Source of the DNA: Candidatus Zixiibacteriota bacterium
GTDB lineage: Bacteria; Zixibacteria; MSB-5A5; GN15; FEB-12
DNA: 64,000 bases
Direction: 5' to 3'
Assembly: GCA_028289585.1 (NCBI GenBank)
Contig: JANQPI010000035.1
Location: forward strand, 30,717-94,716
A program made the translations under genes and the position numbers. The notes under the pieces are model-generated. The model had not been told where the DNA came from. It saw only the letters and a program-made list of their open reading frames with translations, and did no database searches. Positions within the stretch are counted from its first letter, which is position 1. Every line of letters begins with the position of its first letter. Below are positions 1-8,289 of the stretch, piece by piece.

Positions 1-354
1 GACCCGCGGATTACCAAAATCGGTGCGTTCCTGCGGAAGTCACGGCTCGACGAAATTCCGCAGTTTATCAATGTTCTCCGAGGTGATATGTCGCTGGTTG
101 GACCGCGTCCGGAGCGCCCGACGTTTGTTCGCGAGCTTTCGGAGAAGATTGAAGACTACCCATTGCGGCTCGACGTCAAGCCTGGACTGACCGGACTTGC
201 CCAGGTTGAGAACGGATACGATTCCTCCCTTGAGTCGGTTGTCCAGAAGGTTAGCTACGATCTCACCTACATCCGAACCTGGTCTTTGTGGAACGATTTC
301 CGGATTATGCTCAAAACGGTCGTTGTCGTCTTCACCGGCCGGGGCGCTCACTGA
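1..354 (+). CDS. Bacterial sugar transferase (polyprenyl-phosphate glycosyl-1-phosphate transferase, WbaP/EpsL type), C-terminal fragment; 5' end lies outside the window
   Basis: Frame 1 is open from nt 1. The translation [40 protein letters not shown]...[10 protein letters not shown] is the conserved catalytic core of this family. Stop at 352-354. Confidence 0.85.
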   Translation, partial: DPRITKIGAFLRKSRLDEIPQFINVLRGDMSLVGPRPERPTFVRELSEKIEDYPLRLDVKPGLTGLAQVENGYDSSLESVVQKVSYDLTYIRTWSLWNDFRIMLKTVVVVFTGRGAH

Positions 355-394
355 GCCATTCGAAACCGAGTATGAAAGTTGAGCGGTTGAGGGT

Positions 395-1252
395 TTGGCC
401 TCAGCCGCTTTTTGTTGGGACTCGGATTTTAGTTTTGACCGACTGACGACACCGGTCTATCCTCATCCGAGTCGGGGGAGTGACATTGCGTTTGGGAGCG
501 ATCAGGGAAGATTGAAGCAGATACTCGCAAGTCTCGGTATCATCGCCGTCGCGGTGATTGTGTCGGTAGAGTCGGCGTCGGCCGGCGCTCGGGCCAATTT
601 TACGGTCCTTTCTGATCCCCCGGGGGCGTTAGTCCGACTTACCGGTGAGGCGATTGCCACCGGTGTTGCCCCCGTAACGTTTCGTTTCCCGTTGATTGGT
701 CGCTATCGTGTGACAGTCTCGAAAGAGGGGTACGAAAGCCATTCCGAAACCGTGATCATCGACCCGACCCAAGCTCAGTCGATCAGCGTTACGCTGGTAC
801 CGAAGAGCCGTCTCAAAGCAGCGGCTCGGTCTCTGTTTATCCCGGGGTGGGGACATCACTACTCGGATCAGAAGAACCGCGCCTGGCTCTTTCACCTTTT
901 CGCGGCGTCGGCGGTCGGTTTTTACTTCGCCACCGATGCGGAATTCGACCGTCAGAATCGTCAGTTTCTTGACTCCGAGACGGCCTACGAGCGAGCGCTG
1001 GCAGGAGGGGCTGGACGGGATGAACTCGATGCTCGCCTGCGTTTACTGCGTGACGATCGAACCGATGCCTTCGATGCCGAGACCGTTCGCCGTGTCGCGA
1101 TAGGGACGGTTATCGGCGTCTGGTCGCTGGCGATTTTGGACAATCTGCTGTTTTTCCCCGATCGGAAAGATTCGTTTTCGGTCAAGGGTTTTGCTGTTGC
1201 TCCCGACTTTCGTGATGGTGGTTTTGGCCTGCAGTTAACGAAAGTGTTCTAG
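395..1252 (+). CDS. PEGA-domain membrane protein
   Basis: 285-aa ORF. Hydrophobic N-terminal segment ILASLGIIAVAVIVSVESASA. PEGA-like LSDPPGALVRL...GRYRVTVSKEGYESHSETVIIDP. Then FIPGWGHHYSDQKNRAWLFHLFAASAVGFYF, a TM segment. The TTG 395 start is uncertain. Confidence 0.6.
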   Translation: MASAAFCWDSDFSFDRLTTPVYPHPSRGSDIAFGSDQGRLKQILASLGIIAVAVIVSVESASAGARANFTVLSDPPGALVRLTGEAIATGVAPVTFRFPLIGRYRVTVSKEGYESHSETVIIDPTQAQSISVTLVPKSRLKAAARSLFIPGWGHHYSDQKNRAWLFHLFAASAVGFYFATDAEFDRQNRQFLDSETAYERALAGGAGRDELDARLRLLRDDRTDAFDAETVRRVAIGTVIGVWSLAILDNLLFFPDRKDSFSVKGFAVAPDFRDGGFGLQLTKVF

Positions 1253-1254
1253 TG

Positions 1255-2790
1255 ATGATTCGTCTGCTTGGTACAGTCGTAGTGGTTGGTGCCGCTCTTT
1301 TCACACTTGGTTGTGAGCGCGAGATAGATTCGTCCGATCCGGTGCAGAGTTTACCCGAGGCACTGGCCGCACCGGTTGGTCTGTCGGTTGGTCCGATCGA
1401 CCGTGGTGCAGTTGTCTCTTGGTCTCCACCGCCGTCGGGTACCCCACTTCTGTATCGAGTCTACACGGCCGATTCAACCATCGGTCAGGAGTTTGCCGTA
1501 GCCGATTCCACCAGTGCAACCTCGCTGACCATTTCAGCGCTCACAGCTAATCGAATCTACAAGTTCACGGTAGCGGCAGTCGACTCGCTGGGCGTCGAAG
1601 GGGAACGGGCACCGTTTGTTACGGCGACGGTCGGCCAATTGTCTTTGTCCATTGCCGGTGGCGACCGTTTTACCAATTCACGAGTCGTCCAATTGCAACT
1701 CTCCGCTTCGGCGGGTGCGTCCACGATGCGCCTCTCCGAGCGGCCCGACTTTACCGATGCCTCGTCACAGCCGTTCTCTGGTAACGAGCAGTTCCGCCTC
1801 ACTGATGGTGACGGTACCAAGGTTGTCTACGCGGAATTGACCTTTTCTGATGGCTCGGCAACCGGAGCGCCATTGCTCGATTCGATTCTTCTCGACCGTG
1901 TTGCGACCATCGACTCGGTGATCATTCTCCCAAATCAACCGACCTTTACGGCCGGTGACACAATCCTCTTTCGTCTTGATGCCGGCGAGCCGGAAGGTGA
2001 TGCCGCCGTGCTGGTCGATGGTCTGGATAATCTCGATCTGTTTGACGACGGTTCGACTACGAATGATATCGCGGGGGACGGCGTTTACCAGAACGAGTTG
2101 ATCGTTCCCAATGACCTGACGATTGACGGCGCCAGTGTGACCGGCACCTTTGTCGATCCGGCCGGCAATCGCGCTACTGATCGGCTGTCCGACCAACGGC
2201 TTACGATTGCCAATCCTCCGTTGGCAGTATCGATCGTCTCGTTAACGCTTGAGGAAAATCTCGGTGTTCGTGTCCGATGGTCACAGGCGGCCACTACGAA
2301 TTTCGCTCGCTACTTGATCTATCGTGCTAACTCCGCAGCGGTAGATGAAACATCGACCCTGATCGGTACCGTCACCAGCAACGGGACACTCTCGTTGGTC
2401 GATACCACCGCTGCTCCCAACACGACTGTTCACTATCGCGTATTCGTTGAAAACACGCTGGGACTCACGGCTGGTTCGGGCGTCAGCAACCTCACGACAC
2501 CAGCCAACGATCCACCCCAGGCGGTAACGCTGGCGGGTGCGTTTTCCGAGTCGACCAATATCCGTTTGACGTGGACTGTCAGCGACGCTCCGGATTTTGC
2601 CAGCTATCGCATCTATCGTTCGACCGGACCGTCGGTCTCGGAGGCGGATCAGTTGGTCGCGATTCTGACGAGTTCCGGAACGACGGAGTTTACGGACTTT
2701 GTCACGGTGAACACGATGCGGTATCGGATCTATGTGGTTGATCGATTCGGAGCATCGACCGGATCGAACACGGTGACCGTGACGCGTTAG
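1255..2790 (+). CDS. Surface lipoprotein with multiple fibronectin type III-like domains
   Basis: Lipobox-like N-terminus MIRLLGTVVVVGAALFTLGC. Repeated FN3-like units (GAVVSWSPPPSGTPLLYRVY...YKFTVAAVD; VRVRWSQAATTNFARYLIYR; IRLTWTVSDAPDFASYRIYR). The start overlaps the upstream stop (TAG 1250-1252). Confidence 0.65.
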   Translation: MIRLLGTVVVVGAALFTLGCEREIDSSDPVQSLPEALAAPVGLSVGPIDRGAVVSWSPPPSGTPLLYRVYTADSTIGQEFAVADSTSATSLTISALTANRIYKFTVAAVDSLGVEGERAPFVTATVGQLSLSIAGGDRFTNSRVVQLQLSASAGASTMRLSERPDFTDASSQPFSGNEQFRLTDGDGTKVVYAELTFSDGSATGAPLLDSILLDRVATIDSVIILPNQPTFTAGDTILFRLDAGEPEGDAAVLVDGLDNLDLFDDGSTTNDIAGDGVYQNELIVPNDLTIDGASVTGTFVDPAGNRATDRLSDQRLTIANPPLAVSIVSLTLEENLGVRVRWSQAATTNFARYLIYRANSAAVDETSTLIGTVTSNGTLSLVDTTAAPNTTVHYRVFVENTLGLTAGSGVSNLTTPANDPPQAVTLAGAFSESTNIRLTWTVSDAPDFASYRIYRSTGPSVSEADQLVAILTSSGTTEFTDFVTVNTMRYRIYVVDRFGASTGSNTVTVTR

Positions 2791-2798
2791 GGGAGAGC

Positions 2799-3638
2799 AT
2801 GCTCGACGCACTCAATCGATTCATCGCATTGTTCGTCGATACGTTCCGTCAGTTTGGCCGTGGCTCGGCCTGGCTCCCATTGGTTCTCTTCTACATCATT
2901 CTGACATTTGCTCTCGTGGTCCTGGTCCGATTCGCCGAACCGTTCTGGTTTGGTGCTGTCCTTGCCTGGCTGTCCCTTTTTGAGGCGGGCGTTACGCTCG
3001 GTTTTCAGCACTATCCCGATCACTATCTGCTGCTGCCGCAAGTCTTTGGCTACGCCAAACTAGCGCTTCAGGCGCTGCTTGCCGGATTCGTGCTGGCGTT
3101 AGTCGCGCGACAGTTCGCTCGCGCAATGGCGTCCGACGTCACTCAGCCAACCTCCTCGGTTCGCCTCTGGCTGCACGGCATCATGGTGTGGATACTCCTC
3201 AACGGCCTGCTTTGGCTGGCCGGTCGCTATCTTCCCGAGTTGCTGGGCACGCTGCTCGATGGACCGCGCCGACTTCTCGTCTATCAGTTCATCATCCTTC
3301 CGGGCATCAGCACCCTAATTCTGGCGCCATTGTTCTACGCGATTCCGGCCATTGCCCTCCATGGTGACTCCATTGGTCGCGCTCTTGGGCGATCGCTTCG
3401 GACGGCTGCGGGGCATCCGATTTCAACGCTGCTTCTGGCCGCCATGATTCTGTCGGGACCGGTTCTCTTCGCGATTATGGCTGGGTATTCTCCGCAGTTG
3501 ATTGAGCGATTTCGACCCGAGCTTGTCGCCTGGGTGCTTGGCGGAGGATTATTTGCCGAACTCGTTGCCTCGTTCTTCTGGATGTCGATTGGCGTACAGG
3601 TACTGCTCCGTGACGCCGGACGCCGCCTCGGCGTGTAA
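2799..3638 (+). CDS. Polytopic inner-membrane protein, function unknown
   Basis: 279-aa ORF with about 6-8 hydrophobic helices (for example WLPLVLFYIILTFALVVLV, ILPGISTLILAPLFYAIPAIAL). I recognise no family motif. Confidence 0.5.
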   Translation: MLDALNRFIALFVDTFRQFGRGSAWLPLVLFYIILTFALVVLVRFAEPFWFGAVLAWLSLFEAGVTLGFQHYPDHYLLLPQVFGYAKLALQALLAGFVLALVARQFARAMASDVTQPTSSVRLWLHGIMVWILLNGLLWLAGRYLPELLGTLLDGPRRLLVYQFIILPGISTLILAPLFYAIPAIALHGDSIGRALGRSLRTAAGHPISTLLLAAMILSGPVLFAIMAGYSPQLIERFRPELVAWVLGGGLFAELVASFFWMSIGVQVLLRDAGRRLGV

Positions 3639-3688
3639 ATCACTCCTGACCCTCAACTGAATGTCCGTTTGGCCGATAAAGCTAGCGT

Positions 3689-5137
3689 ATGGCCGCTACG
3701 CTTACCATGCCCAGACTGAAGCATATTCTGCTCGTCGATGACGATCCAGAAGTCTCTCGGTCTTTGGCCAACCTGTTCGATAGCGACAAGTTCCGCTTCG
3801 ATTTTCTCGAAGACGGAGGAGAGGTTGAGCCGTTTCTAAGCTCGCATAACGAGGTTGATGTCGTGATGCTCGACGTTAATCTGCCGTCGCTGTCCGGTCT
3901 CGAAGTCCTCAAACAGATTCGCCGCAGTCATGCCGAGCTGCCGGTAATCATGATCTCCGGATTCGTTTCGACCGAGAACGCGATGGAGGCGATGCGCGAG
4001 GGCGCGTACGAATATCTCACGAAGCCGTTTGCCATCGACAAGCTGATTGATACCGTCAACAAAGCCTGCGGCTTCCAGCACCACCCCGCTAATCGTTCTC
4101 CGGTTGTTGAAACTCCCGTGGCGGTTGACGAGATCATTGGCCATTCCCCAGAGATCGTCGAGATCGCCAAGCTGATTGGTCAGGTTTCGAAAACCGACGC
4201 GGCGGTGCTGATCTTTGGTGAGTCAGGGACTGGAAAGGAACTCGTCGCTCGAGCGATCCACCGCAACTCCAAGCGGCACAACAACGCGTTCCTGTCGGTT
4301 AACTGCGCCGCGCTTCCCGAGACACTGCTTGAGTCGGAGCTCTTCGGTCACGAGAAGGGTGCATTTACCGGTGCCTACTACAAGCGCATTGGAAAGTTTG
4401 AGCAGGCCGATAGCGGCACGCTGTTTCTTGATGAGATTGGGGATATGTCGCTGCTGACTCAAGCCAAACTTCTTCGTGTGTTGCAGGAAAAAGAGTTTGA
4501 GCGAGTTGGTGGGAACGAACCGATCAACGTCGATGTCCGGATTATTGCCGCGACCAATAAGTCACTCGTGCAGGCGATGAAAGACGGCTCGTTCCGAGTC
4601 GATCTTTTCTACCGTCTCAAAGTCGTTTCACTATTCATTCCACCGCTTCGTGAACGTCGTTCCGATATCGGTCTGTTGATCGATTACTTCCGCGAGAAGT
4701 TCGCCCGGCAGTTGGGTGTCGACCCGAAACCGGTAGCCAAACGGGCATTGAACGAGCTGATGAAGTATCCGTGGCCCGGAAACGTTCGCGAGCTCGAGAA
4801 CAATGTTCATACCGCGTTGGTGATGTCCAAGAACGATTCTCTTGAGGAATCAGACTTCCCGTCCCTTGCTGAAACTTCGCCGAAGGTTGAGGTCGATCTT
4901 GAGGTCCTTCAGGACGACTACACGGAGACATTCCGCCAGATCGTTGATCCGGTGATGCCGAAGCTGATTGCGAACTCCCCGGGACAGATCTACCACTTCC
5001 TCGAAGCGGCCCTTGAGCGCGCGGTGATCAGCAGCTGTCTGCGGCAATTCGACGGCAATCAGGTCAAAACGTCCGAGACGTTGGGAATCTCCCGCAATAC
5101 GCTCCGCGACCGGATTGCCAAATACAACCTCTATTAG
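3689..5137 (+). CDS. Sigma-54-dependent response regulator (NtrC family: REC + AAA+ + Fis-type HTH); no kinase gene is adjacent
   Basis: REC (ILLVDDDPEV...VVMLDVNLPSLSGLEVL). Walker A GESGTGKE. GAFTGA loop (GHEKGAFTGA). ESELFGHEKG and RVDLFYRL motifs. C-terminal HTH (TSETLGISRNTLRDRIAKY). Confidence 0.92.
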   Translation: MAATLTMPRLKHILLVDDDPEVSRSLANLFDSDKFRFDFLEDGGEVEPFLSSHNEVDVVMLDVNLPSLSGLEVLKQIRRSHAELPVIMISGFVSTENAMEAMREGAYEYLTKPFAIDKLIDTVNKACGFQHHPANRSPVVETPVAVDEIIGHSPEIVEIAKLIGQVSKTDAAVLIFGESGTGKELVARAIHRNSKRHNNAFLSVNCAALPETLLESELFGHEKGAFTGAYYKRIGKFEQADSGTLFLDEIGDMSLLTQAKLLRVLQEKEFERVGGNEPINVDVRIIAATNKSLVQAMKDGSFRVDLFYRLKVVSLFIPPLRERRSDIGLLIDYFREKFARQLGVDPKPVAKRALNELMKYPWPGNVRELENNVHTALVMSKNDSLEESDFPSLAETSPKVEVDLEVLQDDYTETFRQIVDPVMPKLIANSPGQIYHFLEAALERAVISSCLRQFDGNQVKTSETLGISRNTLRDRIAKYNLY

Positions 5138-5230
5138 CTTCCAGCCTCCCATTCGGGCATTTTTGCTTGACCAATCCCGACGCATGGCCGCTCTTTGCCC
5201 CTCGCTGCGGACAAAGGAGGCTTACTCAGT

Positions 5231-5851
5231 ATGCGCAGATTTGTTCTCGCGGGCTTGTTGGTCCTGGGACTGACCAGTGCCGCTCATGCGGAATTCTTTG
5301 GTGCTCTGACCACCGCCAACGTGGCGGGGCAGGGGCGAGGTTCGTTTACACCCTTCCTCGCGGTTGGTGACGCCACCATCTTCGGTGGTCTGTTTACGTA
5401 CGGTCTGGCCGAGAAGTGGAATGGCCGAGTCAAGATCGGCATCGTCGATCAGGATGGTGCCGATGCGAGCCTTGGCTTTGGCTTCGACGCGATGTACCAG
5501 TTCATGAAAGCGGGTGTGGATGACAATCAGGTGAGTCTTGCGTTCGGTGGTGTGTTCGAGTATGCCGACTTCGATTTTGGCAGTTATCTCCAGGTCGGTC
5601 CGGCATTTCACGCCTCCTATCCGTTTGTGCTCGATAACGGTCGGACGTTGGAGCCGTACGGACGAGTTGTCCTTGGCGTGGAACGTCGATCAGTTGACAT
5701 TGCCGGCATCAGTGCATCGGACTCAGATTTCGATATCTCTCTGGCCGCGGGTGGAACGTACAACTTCTCGAGCGACGTCACCGGATTGTTGGAATTGCAG
5801 CTCGACGACAATTTCCAGATCATTTTCGCGGTCGAACTGGGAGTCATCTAG
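5231..5851 (+). CDS. Small outer-membrane beta-barrel protein
   Basis: ATG 5231 is preceded by AAGGAGG (5214-5220). Signal peptide MRRFVLAGLLVLGLTSAAHA. Alternating beta-strand pattern with a hydrophobic C-terminus. The 5195 start in the ORF track is probably an upstream extension. Confidence 0.6.
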   Translation: MRRFVLAGLLVLGLTSAAHAEFFGALTTANVAGQGRGSFTPFLAVGDATIFGGLFTYGLAEKWNGRVKIGIVDQDGADASLGFGFDAMYQFMKAGVDDNQVSLAFGGVFEYADFDFGSYLQVGPAFHASYPFVLDNGRTLEPYGRVVLGVERRSVDIAGISASDSDFDISLAAGGTYNFSSDVTGLLELQLDDNFQIIFAVELGVI

Positions 5852-5909
5852 CCTTACCCATGTCTGATGAGCAGATCTCATCGCTTCCGAGTCGGTAGGC
5901 GAAGTCGCG

Positions 5910-6683
5910 ATGAGTTGGCTCGACGCTATCATCCTTGGGTTGGTGCAGGGGCTCACCGAGTTTCTGCCGGTCTCCTCTTCTGGACATTTAGTTCTCTTCC
6001 AAGGACTCTTGGGGGTGGCTGTTCCGGGCGTCCTGTTTGAGACGATCGTCCATGTCGGGACACTACTTTCGGTCGTTATCTATTTTCGTAAGCGATTACT
6101 CGCTCTCTTGGTGGGACTATTCTCGGCCGATGGCGCTGCAGCCCGTCGTTACATTCTCTGGTTAGCGATCGGCACGATTCCCGCGGTGATCGTGGGCCTG
6201 CTCCTGAAAGATGTCTTCGAGGCGCTGTTCGACCAGCCGATTGCGGCGGCCGGATTTCTACTCGTAACGGGAGCCATTCTGCTTGCGACGAAGTGGGCGC
6301 CCCGCCGCAGTCACAACGTCAGAGCCGGTAGTGCGGTCATTATGGGCGTGGGACAGGCGATGGCAATTCTTCCTGGAATCTCTCGGTCCGGTTCAACGAT
6401 CGCGGCGGGTCTCTTTGCCGGAGTCGACGCGGAAAAAGCCGCCGAATTCTCATTCCTGTTGTCGATCCCCGCGATTCTGGGGGCGCTGGTTCTACAGCTC
6501 GGAGATCTCGATACGTCCGTACCCGTCGCCTGGGGACCGTATCTGGTCGGAGGCTTCCTGGCCTTCGTCTCCGGTCTTCTGGCGGTGTACTGGCTTCTCA
6601 AGATTGTCAAAAAAGGACAGTTGCACCACTTCTCCTGGTACTGTTTCGCTGTTGGCCTGATCGGTTTCGTGTACTTCTGGTAA
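5910..6683 (+). CDS. uppP: Undecaprenyl-diphosphatase (BacA/UppP)
   Basis: Signature GLTEFLPVSSSGHL near the N-terminus and PGISRSGSTI. 257-aa polytopic membrane protein. Confidence 0.93.
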   Translation: MSWLDAIILGLVQGLTEFLPVSSSGHLVLFQGLLGVAVPGVLFETIVHVGTLLSVVIYFRKRLLALLVGLFSADGAAARRYILWLAIGTIPAVIVGLLLKDVFEALFDQPIAAAGFLLVTGAILLATKWAPRRSHNVRAGSAVIMGVGQAMAILPGISRSGSTIAAGLFAGVDAEKAAEFSFLLSIPAILGALVLQLGDLDTSVPVAWGPYLVGGFLAFVSGLLAVYWLLKIVKKGQLHHFSWYCFAVGLIGFVYFW

Positions 6684-6688
6684 CGATC

Positions 6689-8209
6689 ATGCGAATTGCG
6701 GTCATTCGACTCTCCTCCCTCGGTGATATCGTGCTGACCTCAGCACCGCTGCTCAATCTCAGGCTCGCCTACCCTCAGGCGTCGATAACGCTGATCACGA
6801 AGGCGCGTTTTCGAGAAATCGGGGAGCTATTGCCCGAGGTCGACGATCTGGCCCTCGTGCCGGATACGTCACGCCTGACCGATCTGCACGCACGGCTGAT
6901 GCAGGTCGGCCCCTTCGATCAGATCGTTGATCTGCACGGCAACCTCAGGTCGTTTTTCATTCGTCGCTGGTTGGCTGGCGATAGTCGTGTCTACCGCAAA
7001 GAGCGGTTGGCCCGGTGGTGGCTGACCATGAATCAATCGGGCCGCGTGACACCAACAATAGATCGCTACAACGCCGCCCTCGAATCCGTCGGCGTGTATC
7101 CGTACTGCGATCGACCACAGATCATCCCGCGCTCACCGTCTGGAAGCGACGGCAACACGATCGCGCTTGCGCCCGGTTCGGCGCACCTGACCAAGAACTG
7201 GGGGGAGGGACGGTGGCGGGAGCTTGCTCTGGGTCAACTTGCCCGGGGTCGGAGGGTGGAATGGATCGACCTGATGCCACCAGCACGACCGATTCCTGAG
7301 ACAGCGGGGGAGATTCGCTATCGAATTGGCGAACCACTCCGGGCCGTGGCCGATGCTCTCGCAGCGGCAACCGTGGCGGTCGCCAACGACTCTGGAATCA
7401 TGCACCTCGCCTCGGCAGTCGGTACACCGACCATTGGTCTTTTCGGGCCAACGACCCCGTCGCTTGGCTTTGCCCCGCGGGGACTACGTGATGTCGTGGT
7501 GGACGTCGACGAACCGTGTCGCCCGTGTTCTCTTCATGGTCGAACTCCGTGTTGGCGTGAGGCGCAGTATTGCTTTGATCGAATCGATCCCGATCGCGTG
7601 AGGAGCGAGATTGATCGGATGATGGGGGTTCGGGAGCGATTACGTCCGGCGGTGCTGGTGGATCGCGATGGGACGTTGATCGTCAATAAGCACTACCTGT
7701 CTGATCCGTCCGAGATCGAATTGGAGTCGGGTGCTGTCGGGTTCCTTCAGGCGGCTCGTGCCAAGGGGTATGCCGTCGTGGTTCTCTCCAATCAATCCGG
7801 TGTCGCTCGCGGCATGTTTGATGAGGCAACCGTGGAGCGGGTCAACACCGCACTCATGCAGCGGCTCTCCCGGGCCGGAGTCGTTCCCGATCGCATCGAC
7901 TATTCTCCGTATCACCCGACCGCGGGCGACGACAGCCGTTACCGCCGGTTTACCCGATGCCGAAAACCGGGCCCCGAAATGGCCGAACGAGCCGCTCTGC
8001 GCCTCGGCATTGATCTTCAGCAGTCGACTGTCATTGGCGATTCGCCGGTCGATTTACAACTGGCGCGGATTCTTGGGTGTCGGCGGCGTCCGATTTTGGT
8101 CGCCACCGGGCACGGCCGAGAAACAGTCGCGGAGGTACGGAACTGGCCGGATCCCTGGCAGCCGGAAATTGTTCCAGATCTCGGCGGGGCCGCCGATCTC
8201 TTGCCGTAA
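6689..8209 (+). CDS. Fusion protein: glycosyltransferase family 9 (heptosyltransferase-like) N-terminal domain plus D,D-heptose 1,7-bisphosphate phosphatase (GmhB, HAD family) C-terminal domain
   Basis: N-terminus MRIAVIRLSSLGDIVLTSAPLL plus NDSGIMHLASAVGTPTIGLFGPT is GT9-like. C-terminus VLVDRDGTLI (DxDxT), VVVLSNQSGVARG, CRKPGPEM and IGDSPVDLQLA is GmhB-like. Confidence 0.8.
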   Translation: MRIAVIRLSSLGDIVLTSAPLLNLRLAYPQASITLITKARFREIGELLPEVDDLALVPDTSRLTDLHARLMQVGPFDQIVDLHGNLRSFFIRRWLAGDSRVYRKERLARWWLTMNQSGRVTPTIDRYNAALESVGVYPYCDRPQIIPRSPSGSDGNTIALAPGSAHLTKNWGEGRWRELALGQLARGRRVEWIDLMPPARPIPETAGEIRYRIGEPLRAVADALAAATVAVANDSGIMHLASAVGTPTIGLFGPTTPSLGFAPRGLRDVVVDVDEPCRPCSLHGRTPCWREAQYCFDRIDPDRVRSEIDRMMGVRERLRPAVLVDRDGTLIVNKHYLSDPSEIELESGAVGFLQAARAKGYAVVVLSNQSGVARGMFDEATVERVNTALMQRLSRAGVVPDRIDYSPYHPTAGDDSRYRRFTRCRKPGPEMAERAALRLGIDLQQSTVIGDSPVDLQLARILGCRRRPILVATGHGRETVAEVRNWPDPWQPEIVPDLGGAADLLP

Positions 8210-8289
8210 CAGCCGGTTCACGTTTCTATTGGATAGCGGTTGAATCGGTCCGTCACTTGAGGTGTGTAACCGAAGCCGCCGCGGAGATC

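Noticed and set aside
5138-5230. Sigma-54-like TGGCCGCTCTTTGC upstream of the 5231 OMP gene, next to the orphan sigma-54 activator.
   Set aside because: The spacing is GG-N9-GC, one nt short of the invariant N10, so it is not a credible RpoN site.
8077-8289. N-terminal 71-codon extension of the Omp85-chimera ORF, overlapping the GmhB-fusion gene.
   Set aside because: The extension is Arg/Ser-rich with no signal peptide. The in-frame ATG at 8290 yields a canonical signal peptide, so the shorter model is preferred.
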